64,000 nt of DNA from Lachnospiraceae bacterium (GCA_017513625.1 JAFXEW010000035.1:544-64543); one strand, 5' to 3'; positions 19,286 to 29,452 are shown, counted from the first letter of the stretch. Program-made: numbers and translations. The notes: a model not told the origin generated them from the sequence alone.

Positions 19286-20662
19286 TTAGTATAAACAGGT
19301 ATAAGCAACGGGGCTTCTCTTAATACTTGCTTCCAAACACGGCAACACAATATCCTGTCCGACCATCCCCCGGACCTCTGTCTGCTTTAAATGAAATCCT
19401 TTAATATATTCCATTCTCGCTTCATCCAGCCCCACATACTCTGCATACCTTTTCCAATTAGCCACAACGGTCGATACTTTTTCAATCATACGGTCCATTT
19501 TACGGCAACTGATATCCATTACTTTGCCGCACTCACGCAAATTATCCATGGTAATTCCGTCACGCTTTCCGTCAATTCTCATCTGATGACTGCTCGTCCA
19601 CATACTGGCTGCATTGTAAGCAAAAGTAATATCATACCCCGGCGAAAGCTTCCACTCTCCTTTTCTGTTCATTAAAAAGGAAATGTTTTTTACATGGTCA
19701 TCATAATTTTTTGCAATTTCATTAAAAAGCATTCTCAGATAAAGCTGTTCAATTTCTTTTTGCTTCAGTCCTATCCTACGCATTATCATTGCTGTCTGCT
19801 CATAGGAATGTGCCCCTGCCTCATTATAATCATAATGTGCCAGTGCTCCCAATGTCTGCATATGGATTTTCTCGCCGTTATTCGTTCTGTCAAAACGTTT
19901 TGTCATGAAATGATATCCTTCATTACTTTTAATCAGCTTGCAGTCCATCATATCTATACCCGCATCACGGGCCATCAAGGCATACGCATACTCTATTTTG
20001 GAATAATCAGAATAATCCGCTTCTCTATCCTTATCCTTATTATTTTTTAAACTGCCGAATTTCAAAAGCCAATAAGTATAACCGTCTCCTGCATCTATCT
20101 GTCCCGATCGAATACTTTTAGTAGCTTCATTCCAGGCAATAAGCGCTTTTGCTCTTGCTCCTCCCGCTGAAGTACCTATCTTAAGTAATTGTGCAACCGC
20201 TTCCTCATCCGCTGCAATTTTCACATTACTTCTTTCTGACAGAATCGTATCTGCAAGCTTTGCCAGTTCATCTATATCCAGCGAACTATCCGGTATCTGC
20301 GGTCCTGTAGCGGGCACATATTCAAGGGCCCCCATTCCTCTGGAACCTGTATAACACAATCTTTCAATGGCAGACGGCTTCTGATTGGCCCTTCCGCTTT
20401 TAGCCAGATAGCTTTCAAACACTTTGGTTCCGTATTTATCCGGAAGGGAATCCGCAAGTAGCCCAGGAAGCTTATGAAAACTTTCCTCATTTAATGCAGG
20501 AAAAGTATAGTTCTGTCCGGACAGGGGCATGGTAACGGGTGATATCTCTATACCGCTTTTTACAAATTTACTGTCATAGGAAAAAACAGCCGGAGAATTT
20601 GGCTCCTGCTGAATAACTGTTCCTATCTTAGTCTTCCATAAATATACATCCGTTCCCTGCAT
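19286..20662 (-). CDS. hipA: HipA family kinase toxin (type II toxin-antitoxin)
   Basis: N-terminal LPGLLADSLPD.YG segment, GTSAGGARAK loop, KRFDR, NYDDHVKNISF, LSPGYD. Confidence 0.9.
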   Translation of the reverse strand: MQGTDVYLWKTKIGTVIQQEPNSPAVFSYDSKFVKSGIEISPVTMPLSGQNYTFPALNEESFHKLPGLLADSLPDKYGTKVFESYLAKSGRANQKPSAIERLCYTGSRGMGALEYVPATGPQIPDSSLDIDELAKLADTILSERSNVKIAADEEAVAQLLKIGTSAGGARAKALIAWNEATKSIRSGQIDAGDGYTYWLLKFGSLKNNKDKDREADYSDYSKIEYAYALMARDAGIDMMDCKLIKSNEGYHFMTKRFDRTNNGEKIHMQTLGALAHYDYNEAGAHSYEQTAMIMRRIGLKQKEIEQLYLRMLFNEIAKNYDDHVKNISFLMNRKGEWKLSPGYDITFAYNAASMWTSSHQMRIDGKRDGITMDNLRECGKVMDISCRKMDRMIEKVSTVVANWKRYAEYVGLDEARMEYIKGFHLKQTEVRGMVGQDIVLPCLEASIKRSPVAYTCLY

Positions 20663-21000
20663 TATAATTCATCTCCCCACTTAAAAGCTGTTTTTTCTTC
20701 TTTTTCCCTACTTGCACGTTGTCTTTTCGGAATATTTCTGTATATTTCTTCGGCAGTTTGTTGCTGCCCGGGTATTAGTATTTCCAAATTTTGGATGAGA
20801 TCAAAAAGACGCAGAATACGAAGGAAATTATCCATAGTACTTCCTTTACCGGACTCTATTCTTTTTACGGTACTCAAAGATACTCCGGCATTTTCCGCCA
20901 CATCTTCCTGGGTCATATTACGGGATATCCTGATATCCTTAATTCTTTCTCCTATTTCGTTTAAAAGAAATATATTATTTTCATCACCGTATATCCTCAT
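20662..21000 (-). CDS. XRE-family HTH antitoxin (HipB-like)
   Basis: RISRNMTQEDVAENAGVSLSTVKRIESG helix-turn-helix; TAATG coupling to hipA; GAGG RBS before ATG 21000. Confidence 0.85.
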   Translation of the reverse strand: MRIYGDENNIFLLNEIGERIKDIRISRNMTQEDVAENAGVSLSTVKRIESGKGSTMDNFLRILRLFDLIQNLEILIPGQQQTAEEIYRNIPKRQRASREKEEKTAFKWGDEL

Positions 21001-21021
21001 ACGCCTCTCACCTCTTTTAAA

Positions 21022-21069
21022 AGTTCTTTTATGAACTATAATATAACACAACAGCTCTTAATATGTCAA
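21022..21069 (-). promoter_or_regulatory. hipBA promoter with a candidate autorepression operator
   Basis: TTGACA (21064-21069) with TG-TATATT -10; palindrome AGTTC-N6-GAACT (21022-21037) just downstream. Confidence 0.5.
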
Positions 21070-21088
21070 GTATGAGCTTTTAAAAAAC

Positions 21089-21116
21089 AAAAAGGAACTT
21101 TTTGCAAGCTCCTTTT
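21089..21116. terminator. Terminator after murD2
   Basis: AAAAAGGAACTT-N5-AAGCTCCTTTTT. Confidence 0.6.
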
Positions 21117-21183
21117 TATAGTATCAACAATTTTACAAAAAACATCCAAAAGCTTGAATGTATCAAGCTCAAATTCAGCAGAT

Positions 21184-22386
21184 TCAGCACATTTCAAGCG
21201 CTTCCACAAATTCACGGAATACATCTCCGCGCTCTTCAAAGTTCTTGAAATATCCATAGGATGCTGCTGCAGGTGACAATACACATGCCTTACCGGACAA
21301 AGTCAAACGGTGCGCCATCGCAACCGCATCTTTCAAATCCTCAACCCAATATACGTTACGGCATCCGGATACCGTATCATAAATACGTTTACCGGTATCA
21401 TATGCGCATATAAAATTAACATCTTCACGTGTACGGATAAATTCCTCAAGAAGCGTATAATCAATCCCTCTATCCATACCGCCTATAATAATAGTTCCCA
21501 CATCCGGAATACTCTTTACAGCATTAATGGCCGCTTCGGGAATGGTACTGATAGAATCATCATAATAACGGACGCCTCCGTACACCCCCACAGGTTGCAA
21601 ACGATGGGGTAAACCTGTAAATGTCCTCAGGCTTTCCCTAACTCCCTCTTCATCACAGCCAAATATTTCCGTTGCAATTTCATATACAATACCTGCATTA
21701 TATTGATTTTGCTCTCCCAATATCTGCAGTTCATATCTGCGACTGAAATCATAGGGCATTACTTTTACTCTGCCTTCACAGGGGATGGCAGGCACATTTT
21801 CTCCCACAAAGAAATAGTCCCCCTGTTTCTGATAACAGGCTATATGACTTTTAGCAGTAAAATATATATCCAAAGTACCGTAATAATCCAAATGCTCCTC
21901 ATAGAGATTCAAAAACACAGCCACATGAGGGGATACATTGGTATGGGCAAGCTGATGGCACGACATTTCAAAAACAACCAGTGTATCCTGTGTCACCTCA
22001 TCAAAATAGTCCAAACAGGGCAATCCTATATTCCCCATCAAAAGTACCTTTTTACCGGAATTTTCCTTTAACACCTTATACAGCATAGAAGAAACAGTAC
22101 TCTTACCCTTAGTTCCGGTGATACCGATGACCCTGTCCCTGTATTGCTCCAAAAAAAGCTCCGTTTGAGAATAATACTTAGGATGATCCTCTTCCATCTT
22201 TATACCGGGACTTTTGATGATGATGTCATAATCCTCTTCATTAAAGTCCTCTCGCTTTCCTTCAAATACATCAACAGAGACCGACTTACAATGTCGGTTT
22301 AAAAAAGCCTCCGTAGACTTACCTTCCCGGCCATAGCCCCAGATCAATATTTTTTTGTTCTCTAACAATTGAACAACATCAGCCAC
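21184..22386 (-). CDS. murD2: MurD family ligase, probably MurD2 (adds L-glutamate)
   Basis: WGYGREG, ITGTKGKST, FEMSCHQL, LPHRL, DDSISTIP, GGMDRG, LSPAAASY..F..RG; directly after murL. Confidence 0.75.
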   Translation of the reverse strand: MADVVQLLENKKILIWGYGREGKSTEAFLNRHCKSVSVDVFEGKREDFNEEDYDIIIKSPGIKMEEDHPKYYSQTELFLEQYRDRVIGITGTKGKSTVSSMLYKVLKENSGKKVLLMGNIGLPCLDYFDEVTQDTLVVFEMSCHQLAHTNVSPHVAVFLNLYEEHLDYYGTLDIYFTAKSHIACYQKQGDYFFVGENVPAIPCEGRVKVMPYDFSRRYELQILGEQNQYNAGIVYEIATEIFGCDEEGVRESLRTFTGLPHRLQPVGVYGGVRYYDDSISTIPEAAINAVKSIPDVGTIIIGGMDRGIDYTLLEEFIRTREDVNFICAYDTGKRIYDTVSGCRNVYWVEDLKDAVAMAHRLTLSGKACVLSPAAASYGYFKNFEERGDVFREFVEALEMC

Positions 22387-22389
22387 TTC

Positions 22390-23709
22390 TTATCTTCCCT
22401 TCAAAAGCTCTGCAAATGCATCAGGCAAATTATTTGCCTCCACATAGTTTTTAAGCATAGGAGGTAAAGGTGATGCAATATAAAGAATCTCCTGCTCATA
22501 ACGCTCTGTCAGCAGGCTCTTGCCACCCATTTCAATATAATACAGCAGGGATGCTAATACTTCGCTTCTGGTTCCTACGCATTCAAAAGGTTTATTCTCT
22601 AAAATACCGGTCAACTCTCTGAAGTCCTTATCAAAGGATTCCTTATTCAGCAGGTTTTCGCCAAATATCTCTTCCAACTCCCCTTCATCCAAGAAAGGCA
22701 AAAGTATAATGTACACAAACAGACACTTGGAACAATTAGCGCACCATACACCTTCCTTACTACCTACATTACAGCTGCGGAAAATAGAATGGAATTCTGT
22801 ATACTTAGCAAACTGGCGGGCAATCTGAATTTCTGACCAGGGACGAAGTAAACTGAAATAATGGATGTCTGAATCCGTAATCTGCTGAACATACCAAATA
22901 AAATCATTTTCAAACTCAATAGACTTAGAGTACTGATGATTTACATTGGTGCCCCGCACGGTAGCCTCATTTGCACTGGTTTCATTTGAAAGTGTGATAT
23001 ACTGATTACCGCTAAGGTATGCAGCCACTACTGCTGAAAAAGCAACAATGGCAGAAAAGGGTGTATGTCCGTTTAAATATCCCTCTTCATTTAACTTCAG
23101 CATATTAGCACAAAGGGTACGCTTCGCATAATAGTCGCCCTTCTTGTAATCATATGCATCTATTACTTCCTTAATGGCACTTCCGTAGTTAATATGATAT
23201 GTAGTAACAGGCCACTGTTTATCCTTTAAAAGGCAAAGGGATACGATGGAATCCTTACCGCCGCCCACGGGAACCAGACAACCTTCATAAGACGCCTCAT
23301 CATGGATTACTCCGGGATACTCCTGTTCACATACAATATCCATCAAATCATTCATGGATACATTAATATTATTTTTGTACATAAATTCGCCCAGTCCATA
23401 GTGATACAGCTTTTTCCACCAGGCAATCTGCTCCTGGTTCAGTCCGCCGCAAAGCACTCTGATCTGCTCGGGACATACACATTTATAATAGCTGATGCTC
23501 TCTGCCATACCCAAATGAAAAATAAGCTGGCTGAGTATTCCTTCATTTACTTCACGGAAAACAGGGAATTCCCATGTAGGGTGAAACTCTGCAAGTCCGG
23601 GAATCTCAAAATCATAGGTAATCTTGTACATATCACCCATTCTGTCCATATGATATGCTTTATACACAAACTCCGGATATTGTTCTCTTAAACTTCTGAA
23701 TGTCTTCAT
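22390..23709 (-). CDS. murL: UDP-MurNAc-L-Ala-L-Glu epimerase (MurL-like)
   Basis: ISYYK, PP-loop VPVGGGKDS, NGHTPFSA, SNE.SA, NHQYSKS, FRSCN, WCANCSKC, KPFECVG. Confidence 0.75.
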   Translation of the reverse strand: MKTFRSLREQYPEFVYKAYHMDRMGDMYKITYDFEIPGLAEFHPTWEFPVFREVNEGILSQLIFHLGMAESISYYKCVCPEQIRVLCGGLNQEQIAWWKKLYHYGLGEFMYKNNINVSMNDLMDIVCEQEYPGVIHDEASYEGCLVPVGGGKDSIVSLCLLKDKQWPVTTYHINYGSAIKEVIDAYDYKKGDYYAKRTLCANMLKLNEEGYLNGHTPFSAIVAFSAVVAAYLSGNQYITLSNETSANEATVRGTNVNHQYSKSIEFENDFIWYVQQITDSDIHYFSLLRPWSEIQIARQFAKYTEFHSIFRSCNVGSKEGVWCANCSKCLFVYIILLPFLDEGELEEIFGENLLNKESFDKDFRELTGILENKPFECVGTRSEVLASLLYYIEMGGKSLLTERYEQEILYIASPLPPMLKNYVEANNLPDAFAELLKGR

Positions 23710-23711
23710 TT

Positions 23712-25304
23712 TCAGCCTCCCTCATATATAATACAATCATTATAGAAATATCCTAAAATCTCTTCTGCTTTATAACCGGCAGCAGCCATATGCTTTGCCC
23801 CGTTCTGGCTCATGCCCACTCCGTGGCCCAGTCCGCCGCCAACTAATGTATATCCTACCACATTAGAACAAACTTTTCCAGTATTCAATACAAAAAAGGC
23901 ACTGGGTAATAACGAACTTTGTATCCCTACACTATTATCCTGTAACACAAATTCATGATTCTCCTGTAACAAAACCCTTCTGATGGTATTGTCTCCCCGT
24001 ACACAAAAAGTATTTTGATCTGTAGTAATCAGTAATGCTCTTGCGTTGCCCCCTCTTCCTCTCTCAGTAATTTCCATATCCAGAACAATACCGAAATCAC
24101 TGATTTCTTCGTGACAATACTCTTCGTTAATTAATGTCAACACACTATCCGGATCTGATTCATATGCACTTTGTAATTTATCATATAATAAACCTGTATT
24201 TATATTTTCAACTGTATATTCCCACCGATACCAGTTTTCTCCTTTTTCAAAATCTTGCGGATTCCCTTCTTTCAAATATTCGCTGAATTTCTTTTCATTA
24301 TTATAGCTTACATTCCGCTGTTTCAGACTTCCGTTCTTTTGTTTATTAATGTAGTTTTTCATATATTTATTATTTATAAATTTACCTTCCAGATAAACAG
24401 GATAATCAGATTTTCCCCATACGTCACCATCCGCCCCTAATCCGCAGGATGTGGAATAATAATAACTTTCTGCCAAACTTCCTTCTCCGGTATACAATAT
24501 CCTGCAAGCAGTTTCATCCACTGCCCTGTTGGTGCGTTGCTGCTCCGTAATATTATTATAAACCTGGTATGTGGTACTGTCGTCCAGATGTGCATTTACG
24601 GCCGGATAACCGGGGTATAATATAAAGCGATAAGCAAAGGTTCTGGCGCTGATTGCCTGAGCCTTTAACGCCTCCATGGGATAGGATGCCGGCATTTCGC
24701 TGGGAACAATTCCGTATAAATACTCTTCCAGATTCAGTTCATTGATAACCAATAATCCCTGCGAAGTTTTATGTACTTCCAAAGTACCTCTGTAAACCGG
24801 CGGGCCATAACTACGCTGCAGACTCAAAAGTGTAAGTTTCTTTCCATAATCCTCAGGCACAATTTTTATAATATTATACTCGTTCCATAGGTTGCTGTCC
24901 GAGCTAATAGATAAAATATCCTGTGGTTCAAAATCGACACCCTCGACTTCTCCTGATCTGTATAATGTATATTTACAGTCACTTTCTATTTTTACTTCTT
25001 CATGATACAAGGAACGGAAGCCGGTTGTTTTCAAAAGTACTCTTATTTTAGTATCTTCTGAGGGAAATATCACAGGCTCCGCCACTTCCTCTTCATCATC
25101 AATATCAAAATGAAGAAGAATCATATTCTCTATACCTTCTTTATCCAGAATTTTCTTCTCCCATTCTCCGTCTCCTCCTCTGCACAGCCAGATAACTTCT
25201 AACAAAATAACAATCAATCCGGCCACTGCAACCCGGTACATCATACGAATCTTTTTCCTGTTATTCGCAGTTTGTTTTTTGTTTTCTCTTCTATGAGCCC
25301 CCAA
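23712..25304 (-). CDS. SpoIID/LytB domain protein with an N-terminal membrane anchor
   Basis: LEEYLYGIVPSEMP, EALKAQAISART, YQVY, GHGVGMSQNGA; TTG start after GAGGTG. Confidence 0.85.
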   Translation of the reverse strand: MGAHRRENKKQTANNRKKIRMMYRVAVAGLIVILLEVIWLCRGGDGEWEKKILDKEGIENMILLHFDIDDEEEVAEPVIFPSEDTKIRVLLKTTGFRSLYHEEVKIESDCKYTLYRSGEVEGVDFEPQDILSISSDSNLWNEYNIIKIVPEDYGKKLTLLSLQRSYGPPVYRGTLEVHKTSQGLLVINELNLEEYLYGIVPSEMPASYPMEALKAQAISARTFAYRFILYPGYPAVNAHLDDSTTYQVYNNITEQQRTNRAVDETACRILYTGEGSLAESYYYSTSCGLGADGDVWGKSDYPVYLEGKFINNKYMKNYINKQKNGSLKQRNVSYNNEKKFSEYLKEGNPQDFEKGENWYRWEYTVENINTGLLYDKLQSAYESDPDSVLTLINEEYCHEEISDFGIVLDMEITERGRGGNARALLITTDQNTFCVRGDNTIRRVLLQENHEFVLQDNSVGIQSSLLPSAFFVLNTGKVCSNVVGYTLVGGGLGHGVGMSQNGAKHMAAAGYKAEEILGYFYNDCIIYEGG

Positions 25305-25336
25305 GTATTCACCTCGCCAGATATATTCCTATGATT

Positions 25337-25373
25337 AAAAAACAGCCTCACAGACATATGTCTGTAAGGCTGT
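25337..25373 (-). terminator. Terminator of the 6S RNA
   Basis: ACAGCCTTACAGAC-ATAT-GTCTGTGAGGCTGT followed by T6. Confidence 0.8.
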
Positions 25374-25385
25374 AATCTTACGTAT

Positions 25386-25573
25386 GTATTCCCAAAATGC
25401 CGCCCTTTGCCCTTTGACTCCTAGCATAGCTAGGTGGGTAACCGCAACTAAGCTTTTGCCTTCCCCTGCAATCCTCTTACGAGTGGAGGCTTGACAGCCA
25501 CTTAGCAATATAGGAATCCCTTTTTAAAAGTGTAGGTTCAAAAACAGCAAAGTTTATCGGACATTCCAGGATA
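25386..25573 (-). ncRNA. ssrS: 6S RNA
   Basis: About 190-nt rod. The 5' TATCCTGGAATGTCCG pairs with 3' CGGCATTTTGGGAATA; CTTTGC/GCAAAG; TTTGAACCTA/TAGGAGTCAAA flank a central bubble closed by GGG/CCC (ACCCACC). Followed by a terminator. Confidence 0.85.
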
Positions 25574-25685
25574 GGGTTCGTAACTGTACAACGTAGTATT
25601 TGTACGTATGCTCTTATAGAGCACTTATTCGCAAAATCGCCTCTTCGAGGCTTTCCTTTTGCTCATAACATGGCTGTCGCCATAT

Positions 25686-25743
25686 AGCTTTCTGTAAACA
25701 GTCCACCGCAAGCATGCTTGCTCGGCCTGTTTTACAAAAAGCT
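25686..25743. repeat. REP-like long imperfect palindrome downstream of the PEPCK gene
   Basis: AGCTTTCTGTAAACAG...CTGTTTTACAAAAAGCT arms around a GCAAGCATGCTTGC core; no U-tail. Confidence 0.55.
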
Positions 25744-25764
25744 GCATTGCTCAATTTTGTTAAA

Positions 25765-27480
25765 TTATTTCATAGACTCAGCTTCGGAAACAAGCTTCTT
25801 CAGTGCATCCAGAGCCTCGTCAGGAAGCTTATCATAGCCTTCCTTCTTAGTAGCAAAGTCTTCTACTGCCTTCACACGGGTCTTCATAGAGTTAACCAGT
25901 GCAGTTACATAGTCAGCATCCTTGAAGTCAGGAGTAAAGTCTGCAGTCTTGCCATCCCAATCGTTCATGATTTCAATATCGGAGAAAGGTCCCCACTTCT
26001 CGAACTTATCTTTCTTCTCAACGATGGTCTCTAAGATACCTAAGGTATCAGCGGGCTTAACCTTGGTGCCCATGAAATCACCGGTGTTAACGATATAGCA
26101 GTCTACGTTCTTCTCTGCAACCAACTTCTTGAACTTCTCGTAGTCATTTACCAGAGGATAGGTTCTGAAGGGGTTAGCATAAGGTACAATACGGATTGCA
26201 TTCAGGTCAGTACCTGCAGCAACACGCTCTGCTGTAGAGGTCTTGGTAGCAAGGGTAGCACCCATTACAGATGCAAGTGCAGCACCGCTTAACTTAACAA
26301 CGGGAGGCAGCACGGGATCCTTCATGATCCAGAAGATTGCATTTACGGGAGCTTCAATCTTGTCTACACGGTTAGGAGACCATAATTTGGACTTAATAGC
26401 ACGTCCGTTACCATTTCTGATATCCTCGGTTACTAACTGAATCTTACCTTCGGAATCGTAGGTACAGGAACAGTTCTGAGCAGATAACAGATATGCGTTA
26501 TCTGCACAGCCTGTAGGATAATCGGAAGTCTTATCAAAGTAAGTAGGCTCCAGAGCTACGGAAGAACAGGTATCAGTGTTGATGATGAATGCATCATCAT
26601 GCAGAACCTTGATTTCGTACTTGCCGCCATGCTTAGCATGAGTCAGAGTAGACTTACCGGATCCGGATAAACCGTATACGGAAGCAACATACTTGGAACC
26701 GTCAGCAAGGATGTACTCCTTCTGTCCGCCGTGGCAGGATGCATAACCGTTTCTGTTTGCAATAGCCCATGCCATGGTCAGAGTACCCTTCTTATGCTCA
26801 CCAAAGTACTTCATACCCAGAATAGCTGCACAGTTCTGGTTGGTGTCAAAATAGCACAGAGTCATAGGATCGCTTAAGCAGCTGTAATCAACGTCAGGAC
26901 GGTTTCCGGGTACCCACTGGGGATCGGAGAAGATATAGATATCTGCTTCATTACCGTCGCCTACAGGCTTGGAATTCTTGTACATCTTTACATATTCATC
27001 AGACATGTACTGGAAGTTGATCATCCAGTTGTATAACAGGTTCTCTTCTCCTTCAGGAATCAGAAGGTGAGCCTTTACCATAAATTCAGGATCAAGACCT
27101 ACGAAACACTCTGCATGATACATGGTTTTCCAACGTGTTTCATAAATAGCGTCCATAATTACCTTATCAAGCTTGTCAGCATCAACACCGGGTTCGCCTT
27201 TGATACGACGGGCAGTTGCATAACGACCGGTAACAGCACCATCGTTGAATAACAAAACCTTAGCGTCCTTCTCAAGACCGAACTCTTCACCACGCAGAAC
27301 GGGCATATCGGTAACTACTGTACCGGGGGAGTTCTTTGCTAATTCATACGCTTCCTTTAAGGTATTAACCTTAACCACGTTATTGCCGTAGAATGCAGCT
27401 TCGATGATGGAACGTGTCTTGCTGAAACCTACTTTGCCGGCACCAATTTCATTAATTGGATAATAAGCCTTTGTTGACAT
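25765..27480 (-). CDS. pckA: Phosphoenolpyruvate carboxykinase (ATP-type family)
   Basis: YFGEHKKG, CHGG, P-loop GLSGSGKSTL, LHDD, RNGNGR, NTG; AAGGAGG RBS before ATG 27480. Confidence 0.85.
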   Translation of the reverse strand: MSTKAYYPINEIGAGKVGFSKTRSIIEAAFYGNNVVKVNTLKEAYELAKNSPGTVVTDMPVLRGEEFGLEKDAKVLLFNDGAVTGRYATARRIKGEPGVDADKLDKVIMDAIYETRWKTMYHAECFVGLDPEFMVKAHLLIPEGEENLLYNWMINFQYMSDEYVKMYKNSKPVGDGNEADIYIFSDPQWVPGNRPDVDYSCLSDPMTLCYFDTNQNCAAILGMKYFGEHKKGTLTMAWAIANRNGYASCHGGQKEYILADGSKYVASVYGLSGSGKSTLTHAKHGGKYEIKVLHDDAFIINTDTCSSVALEPTYFDKTSDYPTGCADNAYLLSAQNCSCTYDSEGKIQLVTEDIRNGNGRAIKSKLWSPNRVDKIEAPVNAIFWIMKDPVLPPVVKLSGAALASVMGATLATKTSTAERVAAGTDLNAIRIVPYANPFRTYPLVNDYEKFKKLVAEKNVDCYIVNTGDFMGTKVKPADTLGILETIVEKKDKFEKWGPFSDIEIMNDWDGKTADFTPDFKDADYVTALVNSMKTRVKAVEDFATKKEGYDKLPDEALDALKKLVSEAESMK

Positions 27481-27646
27481 ATAAAACGTCCTCCTTAGAT
27501 GTATTGTATTTATACCGCAAAACGGTAATTTCGAATTCAAATATGTACTACTACATATTCCCTTGTATTATCGCATAACTTATGTGAAAAAGTCAAGAAA
27601 TCAACTGAAATTAATAATGTTTTTATAAGTAAACGTTATCAGCCCG

Positions 27647-29452
27647 TTACATCTGCGAAATTTCATTACGAAGCCAGTTTTTCTCAGCTTCAGTAAGGTA
27701 CGGACTCAGCTTCTCATACACTTTATGCTGATAAGCAGTCAGATATTCCCACTGCTTTTCCGTAAGTTGCTTTCTGTCCACCGCTCCCATGTCAAGAGGC
27801 ACCCACGTCAGGGTTTCAAATCCCAGAAAACGGCCGTATTCATTGCTGTTTATATTCTTTACCACCAGGACATTTTCAATACGGATACCATGACTGCCTT
27901 CTATATACACACCGGGCTCATTGGTTACATCCATACCCGGCTCCAAAACCGTCTCTGACATTCCTTCAGCATATCTCCATCGGATATTATGTGGTCCTTC
28001 ATGCACATTGAGCATATAACCCACACCATGTCCTGTTCCGCATTTATAATCAAGTCCCAGTTCCCAAAGAGGTCGTCTGGCCAAAATGTCCAGATTCCTT
28101 CCCGTACAACCGTGAAGCCACACTGCATTGGTAAGCTCCAACATTCCTGCAGCCACAGCTGTATAATGTTTTTTCATCTCAGGAGTAATTTCCCCAAGCA
28201 CTATAGTCCGGGTAACATCCGTGGTTCCTCCCATGTACTGCCCACCTGAATCCACCAGAAGCATTCCCTCCTGCTTTAATACTGCATGTTTTTCAGGCGT
28301 CGCTTCATAATGCATCATGGCAGCATTCGCCCCATAGCCTGCTATGGTAGGAAAAGATAATCCGCAAAACTCAGGGATATCGTGCCTGCAGCATTCCAGA
28401 TAATCTGCCGCAGAAATCTCTGTAATCTCTTCCTTTCCGATGCGGTTCTTCAGCCAATAGATAAACTTGGTAACTGCCACACTGTCCTTTAAGTAAATAT
28501 CACGCATATGTAACAGCTCTACAGGATTTTTAACGGCTTTCAGATACCGTACAGGATCTTTCCTTTCGATAACTTTAATACTTGTGTTCTGATTGAAAAT
28601 CTTGAAAAAAGTATAACAGGTATCTTCTTTATCCAGCCAAATACTCTGAATCCCCTGCAAATTTTCCAGATAAGACCTTACCTCAGCGTAATCCCTTATC
28701 CTAATCATGTTATCCAGCAAATATTTTTTAACATTTTCAGATACAGCATCATCCGCCAGAAAAACCACCGCTTCACCACGGGTCAGATAAAAATAAGACA
28801 TAGCTACAGGATTACACGCCACATCACAGCCACGTATATTAAGACACCACATAATATGGTCCAGTTTGGAAATAAAGAGGCCTTCCGCCCCTTCCTCTTC
28901 CATCCGCAGCCTGATTTCATTCAATTTATCAGCCACGCTTTTACCCGTAAATTCAATAGGCAGTGCAGAAACCGGACCGCAAGGAAAACCCGGACGGTCC
29001 GGCCAGATATCCTCATACATATCCTCCGTAAGCTGCAGTCTTCCTCCTTTAGAGGTAACAATCTGTTCAAAACGAAGCCCCTCTTCTGCAGTCAACACTC
29101 TGCCGTCAACTCCAAGTTCCTCTCCGTTCCGAAGCTTTTCTTTCAAAAAAACAGACAGTGCCGGAACACCTTCCTCCCCCATCTTAAACAAGGTAATATC
29201 CGTACCTTCCAATTCTGCCTCCGCCTGAATGAAATAGCGGCCATCCGTCCAAAGTCCGGCACCATCCTGCCATACAAGCAAACAGCCGTTTGAACCGGTA
29301 AATCCTGAGAAAAACTCTCTTGCTTTGAAATAATCACTGACATATTCGGAATGATGATAATCCGCAGTAGGTATCAAATAGTAATCCAACCCTTTTTTCT
29401 GCATTTTCTGCCGCAATAATGCTAAACGTTTCTTTACCTCTGTCTTACACAT
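27647..29452 (-). CDS. Xaa-Pro aminopeptidase (M24B)
   Basis: D.HHSEY, WTDGRY, DSGGQY.GGTTDVTRT, GTGHGVG, VHEGP, NEPGVY, GIRIEN. Confidence 0.9.
   Translation of the reverse strand: MCKTEVKKRLALLRQKMQKKGLDYYLIPTADYHHSEYVSDYFKAREFFSGFTGSNGCLLVWQDGAGLWTDGRYFIQAEAELEGTDITLFKMGEEGVPALSVFLKEKLRNGEELGVDGRVLTAEEGLRFEQIVTSKGGRLQLTEDMYEDIWPDRPGFPCGPVSALPIEFTGKSVADKLNEIRLRMEEEGAEGLFISKLDHIMWCLNIRGCDVACNPVAMSYFYLTRGEAVVFLADDAVSENVKKYLLDNMIRIRDYAEVRSYLENLQGIQSIWLDKEDTCYTFFKIFNQNTSIKVIERKDPVRYLKAVKNPVELLHMRDIYLKDSVAVTKFIYWLKNRIGKEEITEISAADYLECCRHDIPEFCGLSFPTIAGYGANAAMMHYEATPEKHAVLKQEGMLLVDSGGQYMGGTTDVTRTIVLGEITPEMKKHYTAVAAGMLELTNAVWLHGCTGRNLDILARRPLWELGLDYKCGTGHGVGYMLNVHEGPHNIRWRYAEGMSETVLEPGMDVTNEPGVYIEGSHGIRIENVLVVKNINSNEYGRFLGFETLTWVPLDMGAVDRKQLTEKQWEYLTAYQHKVYEKLSPYLTEAEKNWLRNEISQM

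Noticed and set aside
25380-25760. OLE or raiA-motif RNA
   Set aside because: The region is too short for OLE and lacks the motifs I recall for either RNA. The rod with a central bubble fits 6S.
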